From IMG/VR virus record IMGVR_UViG_3300045988_020061: DNA of 39,436 nt. One strand, given 5' to 3'. The stretch comes from a virus. How positions within the stretch are numbered: position 1 is the stretch's first letter; every line of letters begins with the position of its first letter. Shown here one piece after another: positions 21,942-31,846 of this stretch. The notes under the pieces are model-generated. The model saw only the letters and a program-made list of their open reading frames with translations. It was not told the origin of the DNA and did no database searches. The position numbers and the translations under genes are program-made.

Positions 21942-23735
21942 TTATTCTGTCCGTTTCCACATATATACCGTCAAATAGGGCGGCATATTGTTGTGCGCAC
22001 CGCCGCCGCAGTTGCTGGTCTGCGGCCCAGTGTATTGATTCGGTTGCCCGTTGACATCGTACAGCCGGATCGCGTCCGTACCAATGACAGTGCTCTGACC
22101 GGTATACTGATAGCTCATTTTGATCTCAGGGATTTCGTCAGCTGTCAGCGTGTGGCTCGCTTCACCGCCGGTCTTTCCGGCTGCGAAGGTGTCGCCCGCA
22201 GCGAGGAGGAAGCGGTCTTTGATCCGCTCCCACGTGCCGCCGAAAAGTGCGCTTGGATCTGTGCTGTCCGTGGATTGGTAGATGCTGCCGACCGGATGCA
22301 GCCAGTCCAACAGTGTTTTGTTGTTAACGGTGACACCGCCGGAAAACTCTACATCCATAGCGACTTCCAGCGCGTCTTTTTCTGACACTTTACCGATTGC
22401 CATTCCGCGCCCGGTATGCCTGAAGTCCATGATTGTAAACGCTGTGGGCAACTGCACTTCATACGCTACGGTTTGAAAATAATCTGTAAGTTCAAGCCGG
22501 ATGATATACGCATAATCGACAGAAATGTCAGGCGCACTTGTAAAAGTCTGTGTATCATCGTATGCCGTGCTTGCTGTACCAGATGCAAATTGCGTGAAAC
22601 TCTCGTCACCGGACTTCTTATATTTCAGCCTGTATGTCCGATCGTTTTTCCCCCCAACGGATGCAACCGCATAATTCATTTTAACTGCGACACGGTTTCC
22701 ATCATCGGATGCAGCGCCACCACTTGTGATGCGCCACGCGCTAAAAGAATTGATTGCTGGCGGCGAATACGGCAACACAGTAACGTTTTCCGTGAGCTTT
22801 GCTGTGCGCCCTCTGCTATCTGTAACGGTTGTTGCAATGGAGATTGTACCGCTATCTGTGATGACCCCAGACGTGAAGGAAGCGTCCTTGTAAATCACGG
22901 ACTGAATGACGGTTTCATACTTTGCGATTGTGCTTCCCTTCGCGCCGGAAGCGGTGACAACGACCTTTAGCGCGGACTTGCTTTGCACAAATGCGCCGAA
23001 TTTCGCGGCAAGGCCGGAAGTCGCTTCGGACACGGCAACGCTCGAAATCGATGGAACAACGCTTGTTGGGACGGTCGCTGTCATGTATACGGACTTTTCG
23101 CCGATCTTCGTGGAGCCGCTAAACGTTTCAACATCGACTTCAAGTCTCAGACCTGTCGCATTGGGGATCGACGTAGCAAGATCCGGAACCGTCCAAACAT
23201 AGGATGTTGTCACATTATCAGCGATGACCACCCATGCACCGCCGGAAGGGCGATACCAGAGCTTGTGGGTAAAGCTGCTGGACGCGCGCGGCAGGCTGAT
23301 TGTCACCGCCGCGCCCATGTCAACAGAAGAAGCAGAAAGCTCCGGCGTGGTTGCCCGTGGGATGGTGTCCAGCGTCACGGCCTGCGAGATGTCCGTAGAT
23401 GTCAGACTTGTACCACTGATGTAGCCTGCTGCAGAAATGGTGACGTTGCGGCTCCCGTCCGCGTTATGATACACACGCACAGTCACACTCATTGCAAGTG
23501 ACCCGGACTGATAACCGACATCGATGCGGCGACTTCCGGCAGTCCACTGGCCATCAATTGTGATGCCGCCCGACCACGTGCCGCTCGTCGTATAGCCGCT
23601 GTTGCTGCGGCTGTAGTACAGCGTTGCTGTTACGTCGCTGTAATTGCCGTCGATGCTCTGCACGGCGCTCCATTTGATCGTCGGGAAAATGTACTGGTTG
23701 CCGGTTGTGCCGGTAAAAGCCCCTGAAAGCGCCAT
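21942..23735 (-). CDS. Tail fibre / receptor-binding protein (DUF859-like N-terminus, tail-collar-like C-terminus)
   Basis: N-terminus FPTIKWSAVQSIDGNYSDVTATLYYSR. C-terminus LLDWLHPVGSIYQS...GGEASHTLT...GGGAHNNMPPYLTVYMWKRT. Confidence 0.75.
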   Translation of the reverse strand: MALSGAFTGTTGNQYIFPTIKWSAVQSIDGNYSDVTATLYYSRSNSGYTTSGTWSGGITIDGQWTAGSRRIDVGYQSGSLAMSVTVRVYHNADGSRNVTISAAGYISGTSLTSTDISQAVTLDTIPRATTPELSASSVDMGAAVTISLPRASSSFTHKLWYRPSGGAWVVIADNVTTSYVWTVPDLATSIPNATGLRLEVDVETFSGSTKIGEKSVYMTATVPTSVVPSISSVAVSEATSGLAAKFGAFVQSKSALKVVVTASGAKGSTIAKYETVIQSVIYKDASFTSGVITDSGTISIATTVTDSRGRTAKLTENVTVLPYSPPAINSFSAWRITSGGAASDDGNRVAVKMNYAVASVGGKNDRTYRLKYKKSGDESFTQFASGTASTAYDDTQTFTSAPDISVDYAYIIRLELTDYFQTVAYEVQLPTAFTIMDFRHTGRGMAIGKVSEKDALEVAMDVEFSGGVTVNNKTLLDWLHPVGSIYQSTDSTDPSALFGGTWERIKDRFLLAAGDTFAAGKTGGEASHTLTADEIPEIKMSYQYTGQSTVIGTDAIRLYDVNGQPNQYTGPQTSNCGGGAHNNMPPYLTVYMWKRTE

Positions 23736-25384
23736 TAATCCACCACCTTTTTAAAGGACGTATTTCCGTTTGCGCGAGGGATGAACGCGAACTTGCCCAA
23801 CTGAAGAGAATTGGTAAATTCTCCGTCCGTGATATACATTTTCTTATTGCTGATATAGGCCACTTCAACCGCACCTTCAAAAAATGAGTTCTTTTTTGCG
23901 CTCAGGATCTGCTTGAATGTGTTGTCGGCAAGGCCGATAATCACATTCCCATCTTCCAGCCGGATGAAGCTTTTGATTTCCGTAAACTGCGCGTTCGCGC
24001 CGTCCTCGACCTTATCAAGATCGGTTTGCAGATTTGAAAACCTTACTTCAATTCCGCTTGCGGTCTGCTCAATCTCGGTGGAAAGTTCAGAAACCTTCGT
24101 GTTCGTCTGATCCTTGGTGTAATACCCCTCGGACACTCTGGACAAGATAGATTCAGAATTTTGCAGGATTGCGGAGTTTGTCCGCTGTTCCAACTCGCGG
24201 ATCGCCTGACTTTGATTTTTTTCAACGTTGGCCTGTACTTCCTGCCACTTGGTTTCTTGATCCCGTTTGTTCTGTTCGGTGAATGTGTAAACAGTTGCAC
24301 CAGCGGTCAATTTGTTTGCCGCCGGATTCAGAAGATTGATCGAAAGCTTCTTCACAAGATACATCCCTGTAAGGCCGTGGGAAGCGCTGTGCGGTTCGCT
24401 TTTCGCGGTAATGTAAGTTCCCAGTCGGAAAGAATTAAAGTCATATCCGGCAGCAGACAGGTCAGCAGCGCTGAATTCCGTTGTCTGCTCCTGAAGGACG
24501 GAATTTGAAAGCTTTTCCCTTGCTTTCCGCAGTAGGTTTGAAGCCTGTGTGACATCATCCCACGTCACAACTTTTGTGATCCTGTACCCATACAGCGCTT
24601 CGGCGGCTTTTGAATACACAAAATCACCGGACTTGCAAATATCGTCCGTTTCTTCATCCGCGATGCCGGAGATCGTCACGCGCTCATTGGTTTCCTTGTC
24701 CGCTTTGCCAAGCGGCAGAATTGCGGTTGCGACATCCTCGCCCTTGCGTTCTGTCAAGATGTCCAACAGGTTTTTCCCAAATTCAACCGGCTGGTTCCCC
24801 AGTGTGGAGAAGTCCGAAAGATAGTTGATCCTGCGTTTTCCGTTGTCATCCGTATCGATCCACACATAGCCGCCATGTGTGCCGATAAGACCTTCCTTCA
24901 CAAGCTGCCATGTGCTGGAATATTCCGAATCAGAGCGCGAGATATAGTTATTTGGATCAGTTACGGAAACTGTGCCAACCGCAAATTGATGATCCGCGCC
25001 GACCTGCGCATTGTGCCGGTTGAGCAAAAATTTGAAATAATCTTCCGGCGTTGCCGGATCACCTTCAGTTGCGGGAAACTTGAACGGCCTTTGCACGGAA
25101 TCCAGCAAAAAGGCAAGTTCCCCTTCGCAGGAAACTTTCCTTTCATTGTGAAATCCGACCGTATCATTCAAAATCCGACCACGGAAATATAGCGTGTCAC
25201 CCTGAAAAACTTGAACAATTGACTTCAATTTTTTCAGTTTGTCATAGTTTGGATGATTGGAATAAATCGTAAATATGAAGCTGCCGGTTTTGTTCAATTC
25301 AAGATTCAAGGACGGCGAAAAAATCTCGTAATCTTCCAGTTCAGGACTATAGAGCAAATAATTGTCACAATAAACTTTCCACAT
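23735..25384 (-). CDS. Tail-associated protein (Tal / prophage tail endopeptidase-type baseplate protein)
   Basis: Its position follows Dit, and the N-terminus MWKVYCDNYLLYSPELEDYEIFSPSLNLELNKTGSF is typical of siphoviral Tal. Confidence 0.75.
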   Translation of the reverse strand: MWKVYCDNYLLYSPELEDYEIFSPSLNLELNKTGSFIFTIYSNHPNYDKLKKLKSIVQVFQGDTLYFRGRILNDTVGFHNERKVSCEGELAFLLDSVQRPFKFPATEGDPATPEDYFKFLLNRHNAQVGADHQFAVGTVSVTDPNNYISRSDSEYSSTWQLVKEGLIGTHGGYVWIDTDDNGKRRINYLSDFSTLGNQPVEFGKNLLDILTERKGEDVATAILPLGKADKETNERVTISGIADEETDDICKSGDFVYSKAAEALYGYRITKVVTWDDVTQASNLLRKAREKLSNSVLQEQTTEFSAADLSAAGYDFNSFRLGTYITAKSEPHSASHGLTGMYLVKKLSINLLNPAANKLTAGATVYTFTEQNKRDQETKWQEVQANVEKNQSQAIRELEQRTNSAILQNSESILSRVSEGYYTKDQTNTKVSELSTEIEQTASGIEVRFSNLQTDLDKVEDGANAQFTEIKSFIRLEDGNVIIGLADNTFKQILSAKKNSFFEGAVEVAYISNKKMYITDGEFTNSLQLGKFAFIPRANGNTSFKKVVD

Positions 25385-26025
25385 TACAGTTCACCTTCTT
25401 GATATTTGAACGTTACGGTTGCTGTTCCAGTGACTGTGATTCCCGTTGTACCTTCCCGCAACACCAAATCTTCGATGATTTGATCGTTTCCAGCGGAAAG
25501 ACTTGCACTCCCACCCGTCCATGCAATTGTAACTGCCGCCGTGGTGGAAATTGTCGGAACAACGGATTTTTTCAGGTTCGTAAGGGAAATTGTTCCGCTG
25601 CTTGTAATGCTTTGCGAAACGGTTGTAACGGAGTTTTTGTACTTGTACGGTTCACAGTTTGCTTCCACCGTAATCTTTCCAATGCTCTTGTCGACCTTCC
25701 ACCGGTCCACAGTGCAGCGTCCGAAATAGTAATGGTTCGGATCATCGTCAAGCGTGATCTTTAGTTTCTTTCCGTGGATTGCGTTCTGCACCTCGGAAAA
25801 CTTGTCCGCGAAGGTTGAACGTGCGCCAATATAGAAGAATTTAAAGATCAGCTGCCGGTTTTTGTACCGGACAGTACCGGAAAACTTCGTGAAATCAAGC
25901 TCACCATCACCGCCCGGAATGTCGATGGTTTCCGTTTTCGGTTCAGGCGCTCCGATTTCCTTGGAAGCCAGAATGAGGTCTAAATCATCGTAGGAATGAT
26001 AATCCCCAAAAGTTACACCGTACAT
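25384..26025 (-). CDS. Distal tail protein (Dit)
   Basis: FGDYHSYDDLDLILASKEIGAPEPKTETIDIPGGDGELDFT. Confidence 0.85.
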   Translation of the reverse strand: MYGVTFGDYHSYDDLDLILASKEIGAPEPKTETIDIPGGDGELDFTKFSGTVRYKNRQLIFKFFYIGARSTFADKFSEVQNAIHGKKLKITLDDDPNHYYFGRCTVDRWKVDKSIGKITVEANCEPYKYKNSVTTVSQSITSSGTISLTNLKKSVVPTISTTAAVTIAWTGGSASLSAGNDQIIEDLVLREGTTGITVTGTATVTFKYQEGEL

Positions 26026-26027
26026 GA

Positions 26028-28013
26028 TTACTGCCCCCTATCCCTAAGTCTGTTGATGTCACCAAGCTGCTTGTCAATGCCCGGCGTAAGGACACCCACA
26101 AGCTGCCCGTTATCCATGACAACCTTCATGTTCGCAAGCATAGGCAGGTACTGTTCAAGCAACGTAATGATCCTGATGTAATCGCCGCTTGCGTTCGATG
26201 CCGTGGAGGAACCAATTGCATAGTTCCTTCCGATGTTCGCGCTTGCGGAAATCGTGCCAGCGTCAAAATTCATGCTGCCTTCAATGTCATTTTTCACAGA
26301 CGTGAACTCATCGCTAAAGCCTTCGCCCAGACCTTCGGCCATGAAACTGCCGATTCTGGCAAAGACCTTGGAAGGGGAGTGGATGCCCAAAATGCGCTTC
26401 ACGCCGCCGACAAGGCTATTCACCTTTTCGTTGAACCAATTCTTGATATTGTCCCACATTCCGGCAATACCGTCTTTCAGCCCCTGGACGATGTTTCTAC
26501 CGATGCCGCCCCAGTCGTAGTTTCTGATTGTGTCGGCAATGGCAGCGATAACGCGCGGGACGGCTGCAATCAATTCCGGAATTGCCCCGATAATGCCGGT
26601 AATCAGCGATACAATGATCTGCGGCGCTGCAAGGATGATCTTGTCAAGGTTGTTCACGATGCCGTTGATGAACGCAATAATCAGCGTAGGGGCTGCCGCG
26701 ACCAGCTCCGGGATGCACTTGATAATTCCGTCAATCAGCGCAAACAGAAGATCAATGCCCATCTGGATGATGTTGGGCAGCTCGACAATGATTGCGGCAA
26801 GCAAGTTGCCGATAATCAGAGGGACTGCCGCGATAAGCTGCGGGATCGCGTCAATCAGTCCGTTTGCCAGCGTCATAATCAGCATGATCGCCGTTTCGAC
26901 AAGCTGCGTCAAAAATTCGGGACTGGTCAGCGTCTGCACAATCGTCATTGTCACTTGCAACAGCCCCGCAATGAGCGTGGGAAGATTTGCAATCAGGCTA
27001 TCTGCAAGGTAAAAAATAATATCGATTGCTGCTTGCGTAATTGCAGGTAGGCTATCAATGATACCCTGTCCCAATGCGCCGACAAGCGCAACCGCCGCCT
27101 GCAAAAGCGCAGGCAGGTTGTCTGTGATGGTTGTTATGACCATCGGAATAATAGTGGTAGATGCAGATGTAACAAGCTGCGAAATGCCGCCCAAGATGAC
27201 ACTAATGCGCGGGATGATGTTCTTTCCAGCTGTAACAAGGCTATCAACGAAATTGCTTGTCAAGGTTTTGAAGTCCGCATTTTCGTCAGCGATGCCGGTT
27301 ATCAGGTTTGACCATGCGGCTTTTGCCGACCCACTGCTGCCCTCGATGGTGCTTGCTGCCTCTGCTGCCGTGGTGCCGGTGATGCCCATTTCCGTCTGCA
27401 CCACATGGATGGCGTCTACGATGTCGGAATAAGACGAAATATCAAACTTCTGCCCAGACAGCTTCTCCGCGTCCGCAAGCAGACGCTCCATTTCCTCTTT
27501 GGTGCCGCCATACCCGAGTTTTAGGTTGTCCAGCATGGTGTAGTTCTGCTTTGCAAAACCCTGATAGGCGTTCTGTATCATCTCCATGCCGGTGCCCATC
27601 TTATTGGCGTTGTCTGCCATGTCGGTGATGGCCTGATCCGCCTTCTGAGCTGCTTTCTCTGTATCTCCGCCAAGGCTCTGGAGCAGGGAGGCCGAGAAAC
27701 TGGTCACCGTGTCCATATATTCGTTAGCGGATAGGCCAGCAGTCTTATATGCATTTGCTGCATATTCTTGAACTTTTGCAGAGCTATCCTTGAATAGCGT
27801 ATCAACGCCGCCAACCAGTTGTTCATACTCAGCATAGTTGTTAAGCGCGTTTTTCGTAAGCACGGCAATGCCGGTAGCAGCCGCACCTACAGCAGCGGCG
27901 CCGACTTTAGCCGCAGTGGCAAGCCCATTTTTGAATTTTCCTGATAATGTCTCTACATTTTCGCTTGCCTCGTCTTGCACAGATATTTTCACAAACAGAT
28001 CAAGAAGATTCAT
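26028..28013 (-). CDS. Tape measure protein
   Basis: 661 aa, with a long hydrophobic repeat region (IPELIAAVP-type repeats), in the position between the chaperones and Dit. Confidence 0.9.
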   Translation of the reverse strand: MNLLDLFVKISVQDEASENVETLSGKFKNGLATAAKVGAAAVGAAATGIAVLTKNALNNYAEYEQLVGGVDTLFKDSSAKVQEYAANAYKTAGLSANEYMDTVTSFSASLLQSLGGDTEKAAQKADQAITDMADNANKMGTGMEMIQNAYQGFAKQNYTMLDNLKLGYGGTKEEMERLLADAEKLSGQKFDISSYSDIVDAIHVVQTEMGITGTTAAEAASTIEGSSGSAKAAWSNLITGIADENADFKTLTSNFVDSLVTAGKNIIPRISVILGGISQLVTSASTTIIPMVITTITDNLPALLQAAVALVGALGQGIIDSLPAITQAAIDIIFYLADSLIANLPTLIAGLLQVTMTIVQTLTSPEFLTQLVETAIMLIMTLANGLIDAIPQLIAAVPLIIGNLLAAIIVELPNIIQMGIDLLFALIDGIIKCIPELVAAAPTLIIAFINGIVNNLDKIILAAPQIIVSLITGIIGAIPELIAAVPRVIAAIADTIRNYDWGGIGRNIVQGLKDGIAGMWDNIKNWFNEKVNSLVGGVKRILGIHSPSKVFARIGSFMAEGLGEGFSDEFTSVKNDIEGSMNFDAGTISASANIGRNYAIGSSTASNASGDYIRIITLLEQYLPMLANMKVVMDNGQLVGVLTPGIDKQLGDINRLRDRGQ

Positions 28014-28053
28014 GCGTTCACCTCGCTCTCTTTGTAAATTCTGAAAATTATTC

Positions 28054-28082
28054 GTGACATTCCATTTATAGTATGGTATGAT
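28054..28082 (+). promoter_or_regulatory. Sigma-70-type promoter of the PH-domain moron
   Basis: GTGACA, 17 nt, then TATGAT with an extended -10 TGg. Confidence 0.55.
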
Positions 28083-28103
28083 ATCGGCAAGGAGGGATTA
28101 TTT

Positions 28104-28487
28104 ATGATAAGTTTTAACAAAGATTCTGCGTGGGACTTAAAGCCGATTCCCGTTTCCGATGTGCGTGGTGAAGTGAATGGCTTGTTGATTGACGGGGAAG
28201 AAATCGCTGCCGCATTTAAGACCGTCCGCGACCAGCTGATTTTTACTAACAAGCGAGTCATATCGGTTGATGCACAGGGGATTACAGGAAAGCGCAAGTC
28301 CTTCAGCTCTATGCCCTATTCGAAAGTGCAGTTTTTCTCCGTGCAAACCCCAGGCTTTGCCGAAATCATCCCGGATAGCGAACTTGTTCTGACATTCTCC
28401 AATGGTTATGTCGCAAAGTTCGAGTTTAAGGGAGGCACAGACATCGGGAAAATCGGAAGAATGATTTCTGATTATGTCCTCAAGTAA
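28104..28487 (+). CDS. Bacterial PH-domain (YokE-like) protein, encoded antisense to the tail operon
   Basis: RDQLIFTNKRVISVDAQGITGKRKSFSSMPYSKVQFFSVQT...ELVLTFSNG...FEFKG. AAGGAGGG RBS. Confidence 0.7.
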   Translation: MISFNKDSAWDLKPIPVSDVRGEVNGLLIDGEEIAAAFKTVRDQLIFTNKRVISVDAQGITGKRKSFSSMPYSKVQFFSVQTPGFAEIIPDSELVLTFSNGYVAKFEFKGGTDIGKIGRMISDYVLK

Positions 28488-28500
28488 CGCATATTCGCCC

Positions 28501-28527
28501 GCCGCCCCTTCACGGGGCGGCTTTTTT
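28501..28527 (+). terminator. Rho-independent terminator of the PH-domain gene
   Basis: Stem GCCGCCCC/GGGGCGGC followed by T6. There is no T-run on the opposite strand. Confidence 0.75.
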
Positions 28528-29150
28528 AACTTGTAACCCGCACCGATTGACAATATCGCTGGTGATTTCTTCACAGGAGCGATCGTCTTTTTTGCTCACA
28601 TCTATAATTTCAATATATCGCTTATCGATTGAAACGCCCGCGCATCGCTCGCATATTGCTTTAAGCAGATCAGCAGAATAAATTCGATATGCTTTTTCTT
28701 CTGCATCCTGCTTATACCGCGCTACACAGTATGCCAGAAATGGCTTTACTCTTTGGCTTCCCCGATATTCTCCTGCACAGAGCCGGACGGCGTTTCTGCC
28801 GTCTCGGTCTGCGCAGATGTAAAAAGGTCCGTAAAGGCCTCGTCCGTCATAAGCTCAGTAACATCAACCAGCAACTTGGCAAGCGTCAGCCCAGCGGCAT
28901 ATTTTTTTGCAGGCACGCCTTCCACAGCCGCCAAAATTGCGATCAGATCTTTCTTGTGTCCACGCAAAAGCAGCGGAGCAGATTTCTTAACCCTTGCCAA
29001 TACAAAGTCCTTTGCATTTACGCCATCCGGGAGCTTCTGACGCTGAAACAACGCGGCGGCTTCTTTGTCCTCGGCTATGTTGGCAATAGGATCGATAATG
29101 TCTGCGATAACATCAAACACTCGCTCCCCCTTAATTTTTGACAGTTTCAT
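28510..29150 (-). CDS. Tail assembly chaperone, -1 frameshift product (gpGT-like)
   Basis: The -1 frame is open from about 28850 to the TGA at 28510 and has no start codon of its own. It encodes ...KAYRIYSADLLKAICE...RYIEIIDVSKKDDRSCEEI, which resembles gpT. The candidate slip site is CCTTTTTAC (28819-28827). Confidence 0.5.
28746..29150 (-). CDS. Tail assembly chaperone (gpG-like)
   Basis: 134-aa acidic protein lying between the major tail and tape measure genes. Confidence 0.75.
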   Translation of the reverse strand: MKLSKIKGERVFDVIADIIDPIANIAEDKEAAALFQRQKLPDGVNAKDFVLARVKKSAPLLLRGHKKDLIAILAAVEGVPAKKYAAGLTLAKLLVDVTELMTDEAFTDLFTSAQTETAETPSGSVQENIGEAKE

Positions 29151-29154
29151 GGTG

Positions 29155-29739
29155 TTACGCCTCCGCCGTACCGGCCTTGATGTAGATTTCGAATGGCACA
29201 GTGTCCTGTTCGCTCATGGAGTAGTGGGCCGTATACTCAAACGCGAACTGCCCCTTCGCCTTGTCGCTGGTCTTCAGCTGGAAGCCGCCGGTGGACAGTG
29301 CGTTCATCAGGTGGATGGCGATGAATCCGCCATTTTTATCGCCGTTCTTGTCGGAGTAGTCGCCCACAAGCCAGATGTCGGCAAAGTCAGCGTCCGACAG
29401 ATTGTTCCGAGGCGTGACCTTCCCCTCGCTGGTTCCCACGTCGGCAGCACCGCAAAGACTCTTTGCAATCTTGGTGTCTGCGTTGACGAACGTGCCGGAC
29501 ATTTTCACTTCCCACGATTCGAGCCGCTTCAGCTCCTTCATGTTTTTGGGGCAGTTGTCGATGTCCTCGCCAAAGTCCGTATAGGTCGGAGTGGCGGTAA
29601 AATTGATCCCGCCGGTGGTCGCGCCGATCTGACCGGATTCGCCGATGGTGCCGGTGGCTGGAGTAAAGTCAGTGGTCAAAATACCGGCGTTGATCTGGAG
29701 TTTCTGAAACGCATCAGAAGGAATCTTTGTAAATTTCAT
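29155..29739 (-). CDS. Major tail protein
   Basis: MKFTKIPSDAFQKLQINAGILTTDF...ESWEVKMSGTF, in the expected position. Confidence 0.85.
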   Translation of the reverse strand: MKFTKIPSDAFQKLQINAGILTTDFTPATGTIGESGQIGATTGGINFTATPTYTDFGEDIDNCPKNMKELKRLESWEVKMSGTFVNADTKIAKSLCGAADVGTSEGKVTPRNNLSDADFADIWLVGDYSDKNGDKNGGFIAIHLMNALSTGGFQLKTSDKAKGQFAFEYTAHYSMSEQDTVPFEIYIKAGTAEA

Positions 29740-29754
29740 GTCGTTGTCCTTTCA

Positions 29755-30123
29755 TCAGTTTTGCGACAGGAACTCAACCGTAATGTTGAGATACCGCCGC
29801 TTGATGTTTTTATCGCTTTCGTCCGCGATGTTCTGGCACCACGGAGAGCCGCGCTTGATCCACATCGCGCCGCCATCATACGGCACAAGCACGCCGCCCA
29901 TGCCGATGGCGTCGGAGATTTCCTGTGCCTTGGCGTTGGGAACTGCCTCGCTCTCTGTGTAGTACCAGAGATTGACCGTCAGCGCGATCTCGCCGCTCTC
30001 CCATGATCCGGTGATAAGCTCATAGGTCAGCCACGGGAACACCGCATCTTTTGGCACGTTGGAGGTCGGATAGGACGGGAGGAATTGAGAAAACCACGCA
30101 TGGAGCGCCTTATCCTTTGTCAT
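29755..30123 (-). CDS. Tail completion / tail terminator-like protein
   Basis: Assigned from its position between the connector and major tail genes. 122 aa. Confidence 0.55.
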   Translation of the reverse strand: MTKDKALHAWFSQFLPSYPTSNVPKDAVFPWLTYELITGSWESGEIALTVNLWYYTESEAVPNAKAQEISDAIGMGGVLVPYDGGAMWIKRGSPWCQNIADESDKNIKRRYLNITVEFLSQN

Positions 30124-30479
30124 TTTGGCAGCTCCTTTCGCTCCGCTGTGAAGAATTTTAGCGCCTTAATGATTGCACCCGCAGACCTCGGCGCAGCCCG
30201 TTCTTCCGGGTTTGAGGTCACGCGATATGTGTTGCCGGTGGACGTGTCGCGGAAATAGTCGTTATATTCGATGGGAACGGTCTTGTTGACCAGCGCGGAA
30301 TACACAGACGTAACGCCCTCCTTTTCCGCCCTGCGGGCCTCCATCGAGGTATCAAGCGCCTGATAGTTAAGAAATTCCGCGCCCTCGGCCCATGCGACGA
30401 TATAGCCGCCTGCGCCGTCCGGCGTTCGCGTCTTTTCCATCAGCACGCACTTGCTTGCGAAATCGTCCAGTAAACTCAC
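30120..30479 (-). CDS. Head-closure / head-tail joining protein
   Basis: GTG start (GTGA overlap) after AAGGGGGTG. TPDGAGGYIVAW... resembles SPP1 gp16-type adaptors. Confidence 0.5.
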   Translation of the reverse strand: MSLLDDFASKCVLMEKTRTPDGAGGYIVAWAEGAEFLNYQALDTSMEARRAEKEGVTSVYSALVNKTVPIEYNDYFRDTSTGNTYRVTSNPEERAAPRSAGAIIKALKFFTAERKELPK

Positions 30480-30907
30480 GGTTCCACCCCCTTGAGCTTT
30501 CGCCAGTCGTTTAACCGACCTCGGAAAGCGTCCTGCCAGCCGTTTAACGTGCTGCCGTCGCTTCCCGCGCTGCGTTTTGTGTAAGAATAGCCCCCGAAGC
30601 TCTCGCTTTGATACGGGCTTGCAACGGACTCCCCGTTCTTTTCTTCCCACGCGGCGATATCTTCGGAAAGCGTCACAACCGCCTTTGGCACCGCCAGCGC
30701 CCACACCGTCCCGGTAAATGTCTCGTCCGTCAGATCGGTCGCCGGGTATTGATGCAGCCCGTCGTTAAACACGGAGCCGACGATGCGGAAATATTGATTT
30801 GTCAGGAGAAAGGGCAGCGCAATGCTGCCATTCTCCACGGTGAACGTGCCCTCGTGAATCTCCACAAGGAACCAGTTGTTCAAGTGCCGTAAGACCTGTT
30901 CAAGCAT
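30476..30907 (-). CDS. Head-tail connector/adaptor protein
   Basis: Immediately follows the capsid gene. ASPYQSESFGGYSYTK...WRK is a recurrent motif at this position. Confidence 0.55.
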   Translation of the reverse strand: MLEQVLRHLNNWFLVEIHEGTFTVENGSIALPFLLTNQYFRIVGSVFNDGLHQYPATDLTDETFTGTVWALAVPKAVVTLSEDIAAWEEKNGESVASPYQSESFGGYSYTKRSAGSDGSTLNGWQDAFRGRLNDWRKLKGVEP

Positions 30908-30923
30908 TACGCCGCCCTCCTAT

Positions 30924-31826
30924 TTAGCCCGCGCCGGCCACCGAAACGGTAGCCACGGCAATGCCGTCCAGATACTCAGCCCACAGCTTCATGCCCATGA
31001 TGGTGTACATATCGCCCGTGGCGCGGCTGTAATCGCCCTCGACATGAACGCCGATCAGGTTGGTTTCGCCCTTCACGGTGTAGTTCAGGCCCAGCTTGGC
31101 AAAGTTGCTGTCGCTCGGGTCCACATAGTAAAGATCGATGTTCTCCACGGGCAGAGCGATCACCTTCTTGGAGGCGATGTACTTCTCGGGCAGCAGGAAC
31201 AGCGTGCGGTAGCCCAGGAAGTTCTCCACATAGTTCAGGCCGAACATGGTCTGCACGGTGATCTCCTTGTCGCCCAGGTAATCGTAAGCGTCGAGGATGT
31301 TGGCAAAGCCAACCACCTCGGTCACGTCCTTGTCGAGACCGGCAAACTTGTCCAGCACCTTGCCCTTTGCCATCGCAAGAGCTCGCTGCCACGTCTTCTC
31401 GGTCACCTTGAGCGTGCCGGTGCCGAGGAAGGTGTAAAAGTCGGTCAGAACCTTGTTCTGAAGCGCCACGAGGAACGCCTCGTCGGTCTTCTCCACGGCA
31501 ACATCAGCACCGTACTTCGCCACGCTCTCGATCGTCACACTCTTGGCGTACTTGTCAATGTCGATATCGCCGTAGGCAACAGGCTCCACCTTCATCTTGG
31601 TAAAGGGGATCTCGTCGCCCTCGGCCACAGTGCCGCCCTTGAGACCTCCGTCCACGCTGGCCTTGTAGGAAACCAGCTTTGTGCCGGGGGCCTTGCGGAT
31701 GGGACGCATGATGCCCATGATGTTGCGCAGCGCGTCCCAGTTGTCCGTGAATCGGGTAGCAAAATCTTCCTCACGAGCGGAAGTGCTATACTGTGCAGAA
31801 GTTGTTACGTTAGGTTTCGCAGCCAT
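30924..31826 (-). CDS. Major capsid protein (HK97 fold, SPP1 gp13-like)
   Basis: 300 aa, follows the scaffold gene, AAAGGAG RBS, and shows the highest GC3 style in the window. Confidence 0.9.
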   Translation of the reverse strand: MAAKPNVTTSAQYSTSAREEDFATRFTDNWDALRNIMGIMRPIRKAPGTKLVSYKASVDGGLKGGTVAEGDEIPFTKMKVEPVAYGDIDIDKYAKSVTIESVAKYGADVAVEKTDEAFLVALQNKVLTDFYTFLGTGTLKVTEKTWQRALAMAKGKVLDKFAGLDKDVTEVVGFANILDAYDYLGDKEITVQTMFGLNYVENFLGYRTLFLLPEKYIASKKVIALPVENIDLYYVDPSDSNFAKLGLNYTVKGETNLIGVHVEGDYSRATGDMYTIMGMKLWAEYLDGIAVATVSVAGAG

Positions 31827-31846
31827 AAATAGCTCCTTTCAAAAAA

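Noticed and set aside
28137-28574. A 145-aa minus-strand ORF that would fill the gap between gpGT and the tape measure gene.
   Set aside because: It is antisense to the well-supported PH-domain gene, has no RBS, and its translation has no structural-protein character.
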